From a virus, in IMG/VR virus record IMGVR_UViG_3300027365_000001, positions 1 to 60,134 of that record: DNA of 60,134 bases; one strand, given 5' to 3'. The position numbers were made by a program, and so were the translations under genes. Below are positions 15,878 through 24,375 of this stretch, one piece after another; positions within the stretch are counted from its first letter, which is position 1; every line of letters begins with the position of its first letter. Under the pieces are notes generated by a model. That model did not search any database. It worked only from the letters and a program-made list of their open reading frames with translations, and had not been told where the DNA came from.

Positions 15878-16228
15878 ATGAGTGACGATTATTACTACAG
15901 CGGGCAGTATGCCGAAGAACAGGCCGAGGCCGAGGCGCAGGCAAAAGAGTTTGCGCACCGACCTGGGCCATGGCATGTCAGCGAGCACACCGAAGGAAGC
16001 GCGGCGCTAATTTACGACGCCGATGGGTTTGAGGTTGCGCGGGTGTGCTACCCAAACCGGAATGCGGACGCGAAGCTGATCGCGGCTGCACCGGGGTTGT
16101 TGGCTGCGGCAAGGGCTGCGCTGCACTACATGCGACTGCACAAGTATGCGGACCAGGCATGGGCTGATGATTTAGAGGCGGCGATTGCTGCGGCTATGAC
16201 GCCTAACAACCCGATCGACCGCAAGTAA
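15878..16228 (+). CDS. hypothetical protein (116 aa)
   Basis: ATG 15878 after GGAGGATGAG; the track start at 15866 is a TTG. ...GPWHVSEH...NADAKLIAAAPGLLAAARAAL... is a motif common in small phage proteins. Confidence 0.65.
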   Translation: MSDDYYYSGQYAEEQAEAEAQAKEFAHRPGPWHVSEHTEGSAALIYDADGFEVARVCYPNRNADAKLIAAAPGLLAAARAALHYMRLHKYADQAWADDLEAAIAAAMTPNNPIDRK

Positions 16229-16254
16229 TCCATCACACTACCGAGGCATCAACC

Positions 16255-17289
16255 ATGAGCGAACCACTGAACGAGCTGATCGTCATCCCGAAGGAAACCG
16301 CGCTGGAGGTTTTCACCAAGGAAGGCAGCATCGAGCCCTACCTGGAGCAGATCAAGGCGGCCGTCACCGGCATCGTGCCGGACCTGTCCACCAAGAAGGG
16401 GCGCGATGCGATCGCATCCCTGGCCTACAAGGTCGCCAAGTCGAAGACCTACCTTGACGGCGAAGGCAAGCGCCTGGTCGACGAATACAAGGAGATCCCG
16501 AAGAAGATCGACGCCACCCGCAAGAAGGCGCGCGACTTCCTCGATCAGCTGAAGGACGAGGTTCGCCAGCCGCTGACCGATTGGGAGAACGCCGAGAAGG
16601 CGCGCGTCGATAGCCTGAAGCAGCGCCTAGCCTTTTTCGAAACCGTATGCCAGGGCCTCGAAGACCTGTCGTCTGCAGAGATACACGCCCGCATAGCACA
16701 GGTGGTCAACACCGAAATGGGCGAAACATGGCAGGAGTTCGCCAGCTACGCCGAGCAGGCCAAGATGGGCGCCGAGCGCACCCTGGCCGCGGCCTTCCAG
16801 AAGCGCCAGCAGTATGAGGCCGAACAGGAAGAGCTCGCCCGCCTGCGCCGCGAGGCAGAAGAGCGCGCCCAGCGCGACCGCGAAGAGCAGATTCGCCGCG
16901 AAGCTGCCGAGCAGGCCCAGCGCGAAGCGGAGGCCCGCCAGCAGGCCGAACGCGACGAGGCCGCACGCAAGGTCCGGGAAGCCGAGGAAGCCACGCAGCG
17001 CGCAGAACAGGAGCGCCTGCGCCAGCAGCAGGAGAACGAGCGCCAGCTGCGCGAAGCCGAGGAACGCGCCGAGCGTGCCGCCGAGCAGGAGCGCCAGCGC
17101 ATCGCCGAAGAACAGCGCCAGGCCGAAGAGGAAGCCCGCCGCCGCGAGGCCGACCGCGAGCACCGCAAGGCGATCAACACCGCCGCGCTCGAGGCTTTCA
17201 TGGCGGAAGGCATCGACAAGGAAACCGCTATCAAGGTCATCACCCTGATCGCGCAGCGCAAGATCCCGGCGATCTCGATCCAGTATTAA
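16255..17289 (+). CDS. DUF1351-like protein with a long E/R/Q/A-rich charged helix
   Basis: The N-terminal ~150 aa resemble DUF1351, which is often linked to RecT/Erf modules. Residues ~190-310 are an ER/K-type charged repeat (16840-17170). Confidence 0.75.
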   Translation: MSEPLNELIVIPKETALEVFTKEGSIEPYLEQIKAAVTGIVPDLSTKKGRDAIASLAYKVAKSKTYLDGEGKRLVDEYKEIPKKIDATRKKARDFLDQLKDEVRQPLTDWENAEKARVDSLKQRLAFFETVCQGLEDLSSAEIHARIAQVVNTEMGETWQEFASYAEQAKMGAERTLAAAFQKRQQYEAEQEELARLRREAEERAQRDREEQIRREAAEQAQREAEARQQAERDEAARKVREAEEATQRAEQERLRQQQENERQLREAEERAERAAEQERQRIAEEQRQAEEEARRREADREHRKAINTAALEAFMAEGIDKETAIKVITLIAQRKIPAISIQY

Positions 17290-17339
17290 TCGACCAACAC
17301 CCGGGCGCTACGGCGCCCCAACAACAGAGGCATCAGCCC

Positions 17340-17549
17340 ATGATCAAAGACAGCACCCTGAACGAAGCCATCGCCGAGGCGCAGCGATTCATCAACGCCG
17401 CGCAGACGCTTCAGCAGACCCGCAAGCAACCGCCTATCGTCACGTCTTGGGGGGAATACCCGCCGGCCGAGGTTCGTGAGCACGCCTCCTGCAAGCGCGC
17501 CAGCATGGACCTTACCCGCAAGCTGGCCGACCTTCGGGCAGGACGGTGA
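17340..17549 (+). CDS. hypothetical protein (69 aa)
   Basis: RBS AGAGG and normal composition. Confidence 0.55.
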   Translation: MIKDSTLNEAIAEAQRFINAAQTLQQTRKQPPIVTSWGEYPPAEVREHASCKRASMDLTRKLADLRAGR

Positions 17550-17552
17550 CGC

Positions 17553-17723
17553 ATGAAGATCCTGCTGATCTGGCTGTGCACCAGCGCGGCCTTCGATAGC
17601 TGCGAGGTTCACGCCCTGAGCCAACCCATCACCCCGAAGCAGTGCGAAGCGATGTCCGGCGTTTATGCCGAGGTGCTGGGGCCTGCCGATAACTACCGCC
17701 TGATCTGTGAGGACGCACAATGA
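17553..17723 (+). CDS. small hypothetical protein (56 aa) with a hydrophobic N-terminus; below the ORF-track cutoff
   Basis: ATG 17553. Translation MKILLIWLCTSAAFDSCEVHALSQPITPKQCEAMSGVYAEVLGPADNYRLICEDAQ. The stop overlaps the next ATG (ATGA), and the ORF exactly fills the gap. Confidence 0.4.
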   Translation: MKILLIWLCTSAAFDSCEVHALSQPITPKQCEAMSGVYAEVLGPADNYRLICEDAQ

Positions 17724-18136
17724 CCGCGCTTATCACCCTGCCGAAGTGGCTGACCCGCACGCAGTCGATGCAGTTCAACAGCGTCGACGTGGTGCTGATC
17801 ATGGCGCTGACCCTGCGCATTCACGGCACGGCCGATGCCATCCGCCAGACCGCGCGCAACCTGCGCTTCAAGGTCTGCATGGAGCACCAGCCGAAGATGA
17901 AGGCGCTGGCCAAGCTGGAGAAGGACGAAGAGGTCATCCTGTGCGCGTTCAACATCGTGCAGCGGGCGACCGACGCCATGGGCATTCACCCGGGCAAGCT
18001 GTTCGAGGTGCTGCCGCCGGCGGAGCTGCAAGACCCGCCTCGCTGCCACTACAAGCCCATGCGCCTGGCCGGCGAGCCAGGAAGGCGGCACTGGCAATGC
18101 CAGCACTGCAGCCACACGAAGCAGATCAATCTCTGA
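17720..18136 (+). CDS. hypothetical protein (138 aa), C-terminal Cys/His cluster
   Basis: ATGA-coupled. C-terminus ...RCHYKPMRLAGEPGRRHWQCQHCSH... Confidence 0.6.
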   Translation: MTALITLPKWLTRTQSMQFNSVDVVLIMALTLRIHGTADAIRQTARNLRFKVCMEHQPKMKALAKLEKDEEVILCAFNIVQRATDAMGIHPGKLFEVLPPAELQDPPRCHYKPMRLAGEPGRRHWQCQHCSHTKQINL

Positions 18137-18182
18137 AACCACGCAACTATCGGCGCCGGCCTGACTGGCGCCAGGGAGGATT

Positions 18183-18368
18183 ATGAACCAGTTCAACATC
18201 GGCGACCGCGTGAAGAAGGTCACCGGCGACTACCAGATAACCGGCGAGGTCCGGTCTGTTTTCACAAAGGCCAACGGCGAGACGCGCCTGGTGGTCGAGC
18301 ACAACGCAGAGGGCGGCGGCAGCTTCCTGCATATCTACGGGCCGGCGAACCTGGAGCGCATCGCATGA
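18183..18368 (+). CDS. hypothetical protein (61 aa)
   Basis: GGGAGG RBS. Translation MNQFNIGDRVKKVTGDYQITGEVRSVF... Confidence 0.55.
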   Translation: MNQFNIGDRVKKVTGDYQITGEVRSVFTKANGETRLVVEHNAEGGGSFLHIYGPANLERIA

Positions 18369-18820
18369 GCAAGTGGGATTCCCGCATGCTGGCCGTGGCC
18401 AGCCTGATCTCTGGCTGGTCGAAAGACCCAAGCACCGGCGTCGGCGCCGTCATCGTCGATCCTCAAAACCGCGTGGTGTCGATGGGGTTCAACGGATTCC
18501 CGCGCGCAGTCAAGGACAGCGCCAGCGCCATGCTGGACCGCGACGAGAAGCTGCGCCGCACGATCCATGCCGAGGACAACGCGCTGCTGTTCGCCCGGCG
18601 CGACGTGGCCGGCTGCTCGATCTATGTGACGCATCCGCCCTGCGCGCGGTGCGCCGCGAAGATCGTCCAGGCCGGCATCGTCCGCGTCGTCACCATGCCG
18701 CCGGCGGAAGGCTTCATCGAGCGCTGGGCCGCCGATGCTGCCAGTTCGGCCGCGATGTTCGCCGAGGCCGGCGTCACCTTCGAATACATCAACCCGACCC
18801 TAGGAAGCACCGAAGAATGA
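18365..18820 (+). CDS. deoxycytidylate (dCMP) deaminase
   Basis: Zinc-binding motifs HAEDNAL and PCARCAAKIVQAGI. ATGA-coupled. Confidence 0.85.
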   Translation: MSKWDSRMLAVASLISGWSKDPSTGVGAVIVDPQNRVVSMGFNGFPRAVKDSASAMLDRDEKLRRTIHAEDNALLFARRDVAGCSIYVTHPPCARCAAKIVQAGIVRVVTMPPAEGFIERWAADAASSAAMFAEAGVTFEYINPTLGSTEE

Positions 18821-19242
18821 CCATCGTGAAGCGCATCGGCGACCATGATCTGCCGCTGCCCAAGCAGGAAAGCCTCGACGCCGCCGGCTACGATCTGCGA
18901 TCCACCATCTGCGTGACCCTCTACCCTGGCCAGCGCCTTGCGATCCCGACCGGGTACGCTTGGATTATCCCGATGGGGATGGTCGGCCTGGTCCAACCGC
19001 GATCCGGCCTGGCCGTGCGGGATGGGATTGACACCCTGGCAGGTGTGATCGATGCCGATTTTCGCGGCGAGGTGCGTGCCGTGCTGATCAACCACGGCGA
19101 CCGGCCGGTGACCATTGCCAAGGGCGAAAGGATCGCCCAGCTGGTGATCACGAACTACTACAGCGGGCCGCTGCGCGAGGTGGACGATCTGCCGAAGACC
19201 GAGCGCGGCGAAGGCGCTTTCGGCTCGACCGGCCAACAGTGA
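18817..19242 (+). CDS. dut: dUTP diphosphatase
   Basis: ATG 18817 overlaps the upstream TGA. Motifs AAGYDLRS, RSG, GVIDADFRGE, RIAQLV and ERGEGAFGSTG. Confidence 0.9.
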   Translation: MTIVKRIGDHDLPLPKQESLDAAGYDLRSTICVTLYPGQRLAIPTGYAWIIPMGMVGLVQPRSGLAVRDGIDTLAGVIDADFRGEVRAVLINHGDRPVTIAKGERIAQLVITNYYSGPLREVDDLPKTERGEGAFGSTGQQ

Positions 19243-19248
19243 ATGAAC

Positions 19249-19292
19249 AGGCCTCCGTGGTGTCTCTCGCAGGGCACCCACCACGGAGGCCT
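19249..19292 (+). promoter_or_regulatory. perfect 14-bp stem hairpin whose 3' arm contains the Shine-Dalgarno sequence of the GH5 gene
   Basis: AGGCCTCCGTGGTG (19249-19262), a 16-nt loop, then CACCACGGAGGCCT (19279-19292). The GGAGG in the 3' arm lies upstream of ATG 19298. There is no downstream T-run. Confidence 0.6.
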
Positions 19293-19297
19293 CCGCC

Positions 19298-20446
19298 ATG
19301 CCACTCCAAGACGACCTGTACGAATCACTCCGCCCGTTTGCCGAAGCCCTGGCGCAAGCCATTGGCTCCGAACAGCCAGACACCACCATTCCCCCGGGCA
19401 CGCCAGAGCCTGAGCCGCTGCCGCCGGCAAAGCCAGTGCCTGAGCCGGTGCGCGGCAAGTTCCACCTGTGCGGCGTGAACATGAGCATGGGATCGGGAGG
19501 CGCCATCGTTCTGCCCGGCGTGCATGGCACGAACTACCAGTGGGCAGACGCGAGCTGGTACGACCTGTACCGGACGCGCGGCTGCTATCTCTTCCGCACC
19601 GGCTTCCTGTGGGAGCGAGTGCAGACATCGCCAGGTGCTGAGCTCGTGGCATCGGAAATGCGCCGGATCGAGACGGCCCTTGCTGCAGCCAAGCGCAACG
19701 GCCAGAAAGTCATCCTCGACATGCACAACTACGGCCGGTACTTCGGCGAGGTGATCAGCCCTGCCAGCAAGAAGGCCACGCCCAAGGCCTTCGCCAACTG
19801 CTGGCACAAGATCATCAACCACCTGAAGCCGCTTGACTGCTACGACGCGCTGCTCGCCTGCGGCCTGATGAACGAGCCATATGGCGAGGCCGACAAGACC
19901 TGGTTCGGCGCGGCGCAGGAGGCGATCGACGCCATCGCCGCGGCCGATCCGGACATGTGGGTGACCGTCGCCGGCTGTGGCTGGTCGAGCGCCATGCTCT
20001 TTCCGAAGATCAGCGACCACCTGAAAGGACTGACGCACCCAAAGGGCAAGGACAGAATCATCATGGAGGCGCACCAGTACCTCGACCCGAACTCGAGCGG
20101 GAAGTATGCCGACCGGGCCCAGCAGTTCGACCCGATGATCGGCGTTGCCAGGGTGAAGCCGTTCGTCGACTGGTGCAAGGCCAACGGCTTCACGGCCTAC
20201 CTCGGCGAGTACGGCCTGCCGCCGAACAACGAGAGCGCCATGGTCGCCACGCGCAACCTGCTGGACTACCTGCTGAAGGAGCGAGTGATGTCGACGATAT
20301 GGTGCGCCGGCCCCTGGTGGACGCCGGGCGACGTGACTGCGCTCGATACCACCCATGGCGCCGCCGGCACCGGCCCGGTGCGCTCGCAGCTGACGACGGT
20401 GATGCCGTACTTCACCGAGACGGCCGACAAGCTGGGCCCGATCTAG
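19298..20446 (+). CDS. glycoside hydrolase family 5 (cellulase-type endoglycanase) with a Pro-rich N-terminal linker
   Basis: Acid/base motif GLMNEPYG, H-x-Y motif EAHQYLD, nucleophile motif YLGEYGLPP and C-terminal CAGPWW. N-terminus PPGTPEPEPLPPAKPVPEP. Confidence 0.85.
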   Translation: MPLQDDLYESLRPFAEALAQAIGSEQPDTTIPPGTPEPEPLPPAKPVPEPVRGKFHLCGVNMSMGSGGAIVLPGVHGTNYQWADASWYDLYRTRGCYLFRTGFLWERVQTSPGAELVASEMRRIETALAAAKRNGQKVILDMHNYGRYFGEVISPASKKATPKAFANCWHKIINHLKPLDCYDALLACGLMNEPYGEADKTWFGAAQEAIDAIAAADPDMWVTVAGCGWSSAMLFPKISDHLKGLTHPKGKDRIIMEAHQYLDPNSSGKYADRAQQFDPMIGVARVKPFVDWCKANGFTAYLGEYGLPPNNESAMVATRNLLDYLLKERVMSTIWCAGPWWTPGDVTALDTTHGAAGTGPVRSQLTTVMPYFTETADKLGPI

Positions 20447-20608
20447 CCAAAACGGAAGCGGGTTGAGTATGATGGCGTCGTGGTTGCACAGCGGCCACGA
20501 CCCTCCCCAACGATCGGGCTCTGATCTACGGCAGACACAGTTGCGATTGCGACATCAGCAATGCGGCTGGCCAGACATCCCGGCGCTGTCCCTATTCAAG
20601 GAGACAGC

Positions 20609-20854
20609 ATGAAGAACCAAGCAGCTTTCCCAAGCCCTGGCGTCGTTATTCCAAGCGGGCCAGGCTCTGCGACAACCCCGTACCAGCAAGGCGCCTACGA
20701 AGGCATGACCCTGCGCGACTACTTCGCAGCGAAAGCGATGCAGGCGATGGTGAACAGCGGCACCTACGAGACAGGTGGCTGGGATCAGCGAGACATAGCC
20801 ATCCAGAGCTACCAAATGGCCGACGCCATGCTCGCCGAGCGCGAGAACCCCTGA
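20609..20854 (+). CDS. hypothetical protein (81 aa)
   Basis: ATG 20609 after AAGGAGA. ...GMTLRDYFAAKAMQAMV... is a motif I have seen in small phage proteins. Confidence 0.65.
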   Translation: MKNQAAFPSPGVVIPSGPGSATTPYQQGAYEGMTLRDYFAAKAMQAMVNSGTYETGGWDQRDIAIQSYQMADAMLAERENP

Positions 20855-20962
20855 TCATCAGTCTGGGAATCAGCACCGCTGAGCCCGCGTAAATCAAGGC
20901 GTCCAGACGGGCGCTGAAAATCTAGGGCGCTCATAGGGCGCAAAATTTTCGAGGAAAGGAAT

Positions 20963-21496
20963 ATGGGGCTGGACATTACTGCTTACCGCAAGCTGACCAA
21001 GATCGACGCTGTATTCGATGCTGATGGTGAGCCGATCGACCCTAACACGCGCGAGAGCATCGATTACGATCTCCACGCCTATCTGAACCCCGACTTCCCT
21101 GGCCGCGCTGACGAGATCGAAGATCGCGCGATCTACTCGGCTGAAGACAGCATGGGACTGCACGCTGGAAGCTATGGCGGGTACAACCGCTGGCGAGAGC
21201 AGCTTGCCGAGCTGGCAGGCTATCCAGCAGGCGACTATGAGCAGTACGGGCGCACCTACCAGAGCCATTGTGTGCCGTGCTGGAACGGAGAGGCAGGGCC
21301 GTTCTCTGAGCTGATCAATTTCAGCGACTGCGAGGGGGTGATCGGGGCCTCGGTCAGCGCAAAGTTGGCGAAAGACTTCGCAGACTTCCAACCAAAGGCA
21401 GACGCGCACGAAGATGATCGATTTCGCATGAAGTATGCGGAGTGGCGACAGGCATTTGAGATGGCCTCCGACAGCGGCGCAGTCGACTTTCATTGA
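20963..21496 (+). CDS. hypothetical protein (177 aa), in the lower-GC block
   Basis: RBS GAGGAAAGGAAT. No family recognised. Confidence 0.65.
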   Translation: MGLDITAYRKLTKIDAVFDADGEPIDPNTRESIDYDLHAYLNPDFPGRADEIEDRAIYSAEDSMGLHAGSYGGYNRWREQLAELAGYPAGDYEQYGRTYQSHCVPCWNGEAGPFSELINFSDCEGVIGASVSAKLAKDFADFQPKADAHEDDRFRMKYAEWRQAFEMASDSGAVDFH

Positions 21497-21532
21497 CCAA
21501 CTAACCGCGCCATAGGGCGCAAGGGGAAAGGA

Positions 21533-22141
21533 ATGAGCAAGGTATTGGTTGATCGGGAGCTGCTGGAGCGGCTCATGCGCGCTGATGCTGATATGGGGCG
21601 CGAAGGGTCTGCGTCATTTACGTTGGACGCATCAGATCGACTAGACAGGGCGTGGGCAGAACTTCGCGCCATCCTCGCCAAGCCAGAAGACCCTGAGGGC
21701 TTCGAGATCGCTCGGCATTCAAAGCGACTGGTCGAGCAACTGCGTTCTGACCTGTCAGCCGTGACCGCCGAGCGGGATAGGTTGCTGTCTGAGAATGCGC
21801 GGCTGATCGAGGATAGGGCGCGCTTCCCCGACCGACCGGACGACATCGGGCACATGATCGGATCGCACATTGGCAACCTGAAAGCCGGCAAAGTGCAGGC
21901 CGAGAAATACGCCCGCAAGTGGCGAGACAATCTCGACAGCGAGATTCGCGCAGCTGACCAGCTCCGTGCCGAGGTCGATGCGCTGCGGAAGGATGCGGAG
22001 CGGTATCGGTGGCTGAGAGATCCGTGCAGCGGGGCCGAGCACGTCATTTACTACAGCCGAGGCGATTACGGTAGAGGGCTGATGAGCGGGTCGATGCTGG
22101 ACGCCGCCATCGACGCCGCCATGGCTGCGAAGGAGGCGTGA
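21533..22141 (+). CDS. Ea22/ead-like coiled-coil protein
   Basis: Long heptad-like region plus the C-terminal AERYRWLRD motif typical of ead/Ea22-like phage proteins. RBS GGGGAAAGGAAT. Confidence 0.65.
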   Translation: MSKVLVDRELLERLMRADADMGREGSASFTLDASDRLDRAWAELRAILAKPEDPEGFEIARHSKRLVEQLRSDLSAVTAERDRLLSENARLIEDRARFPDRPDDIGHMIGSHIGNLKAGKVQAEKYARKWRDNLDSEIRAADQLRAEVDALRKDAERYRWLRDPCSGAEHVIYYSRGDYGRGLMSGSMLDAAIDAAMAAKEA

Positions 22142-22606
22142 ATGGCTGATGCTCCTATAGAGCCGCAAGAATTTCTCTACGGCCCAAAGGTCGTGACAAT
22201 CGAGGATCTTCGGGTTGCGCGAGGAAAGACGAGGCGCCCGATATCCTCCTGCCGACACAAGCAGTTGGTCTATGACGAAACGGAGCGCCGCATCTGGTGC
22301 AGCGATTGTGAAACCGAGGTCGAGCCGTTCGACGCATTCATGCAACTCGTTGGCGTGTTCAGCTCAGCGAAGAGCAAGATCGACCGGCGCATGCAGGAAC
22401 TAGCCGAGGCTGAAAAGTTCGCCATGCGCAGTCGCGCCGCGAAGCGGATGGACGAGTATTGGCGTAGCCAGACGATGGCACCGCTATGTCCTCACTGCAA
22501 CGGAGCGATCCTGCCTGAGGACGTAGTGAACGGCCTGGCGCAGACTTCGAAGAGCATCGAAATAGCCGCACGCAAGCGAAAGCAGAGCGCCCGCCCAACC
22601 CCCTAA
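22142..22606 (+). CDS. hypothetical zinc-ribbon protein (154 aa)
   Basis: AAGGAGG RBS, with the start directly after the upstream TGA. Motifs CSDCETEV and CPHCNG. Confidence 0.6.
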   Translation: MADAPIEPQEFLYGPKVVTIEDLRVARGKTRRPISSCRHKQLVYDETERRIWCSDCETEVEPFDAFMQLVGVFSSAKSKIDRRMQELAEAEKFAMRSRAAKRMDEYWRSQTMAPLCPHCNGAILPEDVVNGLAQTSKSIEIAARKRKQSARPTP

Positions 22607-22652
22607 CCCCACCCAAACACACAGCCTGCCGGCGAGAGTCGGCGGGTGATGC

Positions 22653-22895
22653 TTATCGGGCGAGCGCATCCACCAGCCCGTTATGCCGGGTCTTGCAGTC
22701 GTGATAGATGGCAGCCCATTGGGTCATGGTGACCAGCACCTCGCCACCGGTGCCGTCATCGAGCTCCGGCAGCGCCTCCCGGCACTTCACCAGCAGGTTC
22801 TGCTGGTACTGCTTCGCCGCGGGCTGCGGAGTTGACGAGCACGCGGCCAGACTCAGGAATGCACACGTTGCGATAAACAGTGTTCTGGGTTTCAC
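22653..22895 (-). CDS. o-spanin (outer-membrane lipoprotein, Rz1-like), overlapped architecture
   Basis: MKPRTLFIATCAFLSLAACSSTPQ has a signal peptide plus an LAAC lipobox. The gene starts inside the i-spanin gene in another frame and extends past it. Confidence 0.75.
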   Translation of the reverse strand: MKPRTLFIATCAFLSLAACSSTPQPAAKQYQQNLLVKCREALPELDDGTGGEVLVTMTQWAAIYHDCKTRHNGLVDALAR

Positions 22896-23145
22896 GGATC
22901 ACGCCCCTATCGATGACGGTCTGGTTGGCCTTCAGCTCGCCAAGGCGCTGCTCCACCTTGGCGGCGATGGCGGATTCCCGGGCCAGGGCCTGCTGCTCGA
23001 TGGCCGCGGCGGCGCGCTCGACGGCCAGGTTCGCGCTGTCTTCCTTCCAGCCATGCACCAGCCAGCCGGCGGCGAAGGCCGCGCTGGCGATGATCAGGTA
23101 GAGGTTCACGCCCCCCAGCGCCTTGGCGATCAGGTTATTCAGCAT
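22756..23145 (-). CDS. i-spanin (Rz-like)
   Basis: N-terminal TM segment (NLYLIIASAAFAAGWLV) followed by a coiled-coil periplasmic region. It lies directly downstream of the endolysin. Confidence 0.75.
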   Translation of the reverse strand: MLNNLIAKALGGVNLYLIIASAAFAAGWLVHGWKEDSANLAVERAAAAIEQQALARESAIAAKVEQRLGELKANQTVIDRGVIRETQNTVYRNVCIPESGRVLVNSAARGEAVPAEPAGEVPGGAAGAR

Positions 23146-23172
23146 GGTGCGATCCCGTGCGATGCGGTGCCA

Positions 23173-23634
23173 TCAGGCATACACCTGCTTATCGAGTTCG
23201 TAATGCGGGCCATCAAGCAGCGGGCGCCCGCCATCGCGGCGCTTGCGTGCGGTGTAGTCGGCGATGGACTGGTCAATGTCCATGACCAGATCCAGCCGGC
23301 CCCAGAAGCCGCCCCAGATGATCGGTACGTCCAGCTCGCGCGCCGCCTGCTGGAAGGCCTCGGCGATGGTGATGTAGAGCGGCCAGTCCCAGCGCACTTC
23401 GCCGCCGACATAGGCTGCTACGTCGATGGCGTGCCCGGTCAGGTGCCGGCTGTTCATGGTCTTGCTGGCGCCGGCGGCCACCAGCTCGCGCTGGCGTTCC
23501 TTGGTGCGCAAACCCTCGGTGATACCGAAGTCGATCTCGGTCAGCTCGATGGCACGCTTGACCACGCGCACCAGGTCGGGGTGCACGCCTTCCATGCGCG
23601 ACAGCGAGCGCTGCGACAGCCTGAACTTGCTCAT
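23173..23634 (-). CDS. endolysin, peptidase M15 (VanY / L-alanyl-D-glutamate peptidase-like)
   Basis: ATG 23634 after AGGAGAG. Translation MSKFRLSQRSLSRMEGVHPDLVRVVKRAIELTEIDFGITEGLRTKERQRELVAAGASKTMNSRHLTGHAIDVAAY... Confidence 0.85.
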   Translation of the reverse strand: MSKFRLSQRSLSRMEGVHPDLVRVVKRAIELTEIDFGITEGLRTKERQRELVAAGASKTMNSRHLTGHAIDVAAYVGGEVRWDWPLYITIAEAFQQAARELDVPIIWGGFWGRLDLVMDIDQSIADYTARKRRDGGRPLLDGPHYELDKQVYA

Positions 23635-24008
23635 TTCTTCTCTCCTGGGTTGGTGGTGGCCGCTTTCCATGCCGCGGCCAGTCGGCTCAGCACGCCGTCC
23701 TGAATGGAGCGCAAGGCTTCGGCGCCGGCGTGGCCGGTGATGGCGATGCAGACGGCGGTGGTCAGCGGCTGGAAGTTCGCCATTTCGCACAGCCAGAAGG
23801 TCAGCACCCCGACGAAGGTCGAGGTCACGAGCCCGGTAACCAGCGTCAGGATAGCCTGTCGCGCCGTCTCTTTGCTGTCGCGCATCGAGTTGAGGAACCG
23901 GACCAGGCCGCCCCAGCCAGAAACGACGCATACCCACATGTAGGTCAGCCAGTTGTAGGTGTCGGGCGACTTCGCCACTTCGGCGGCCTGCCTCAATTCC
24001 TCGTTCAT
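23631..24008 (-). CDS. holin (three predicted TM segments)
   Basis: ATG 24008 after GGGGAG. TM-like stretches are WLTYMWVCVVSGWGGLV, ILTLVTGLVTSTFVGVLTFWL and TTAVCIAITGHAGA. ATGA-coupled to the endolysin. Confidence 0.75.
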   Translation of the reverse strand: MNEELRQAAEVAKSPDTYNWLTYMWVCVVSGWGGLVRFLNSMRDSKETARQAILTLVTGLVTSTFVGVLTFWLCEMANFQPLTTAVCIAITGHAGAEALRSIQDGVLSRLAAAWKAATTNPGEKK

Positions 24009-24032
24009 CCATGCTCCCCGGCGGATTAATTC

Positions 24033-24068
24033 GGTCTGATGATAGTCGTCATGGTCCGATTTCGGAAC
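24033..24068 (-). promoter_or_regulatory. candidate promoter for the lysis cassette (member of the TATCAT/GATAAT-C[AG]GACC motif family)
   Basis: The minus strand reads CTATCATCAGACC (24045->24033), about 25 nt upstream of the holin ATG. The -35 (TTCCGA) is weak. A second GGTCCGAT core lies at 24053-24060. Confidence 0.35.
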
Positions 24069-24375
24069 CAAAAACCGCCACGCGGCACTTGCGAATGCCA
24101 TCGCGGCGCCACCATGCCGCGAGGCGGTCGCCATGGCGGAAGAGGAAGAGGTGCAACGGCTCTGGAATATCCAGGAAGCCGTGCGCCAGATGGAGCAGAG
24201 GAAGCGGTCGGCGAAGGGCTGATTCGCTGCCGACCTACAGCGTCGTGAGGCCCAGGCAGGGAGCCGCCCCCATTTCCTGGACCGCTCCTAACCAGATAAC
24301 AGCCCGCCAGCGTCGGAGCGGCATCATAACTTGCGGCAGTGCTATCCTACCCGAAACCAGCGCCAGGAGGCGACC

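Noticed and set aside
16840-17170. Apparent tandem repetition in the DUF1351-like gene
   Set aside because: It reflects an E/R/Q/A-rich charged helix (compositional periodicity) rather than exact DNA repeats.
19239-19478. 79-aa plus-strand ORF overlapping the dut/GH5 junction
   Set aside because: It runs through the hairpin and out of frame into the GH5 gene, has P/R/S-rich sequence and has no RBS.
20447-20608. Possible tRNA or small RNA in the 160-nt gap after the GH5 gene
   Set aside because: I could not fold a cloverleaf. Only a 7-bp hairpin (GTCGTGG...CCACGAC, ~20479-20503) and a TTGCGA tandem are present. There are no conserved tRNA boxes.
22607-22652. Bidirectional terminator at the convergent junction between the rightward operon and the lysis cassette
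   Set aside because: Only a 6-bp stem with a G-U pair (CTGCCG...CGGCGG), and no T-runs on either side. Too weak to call.
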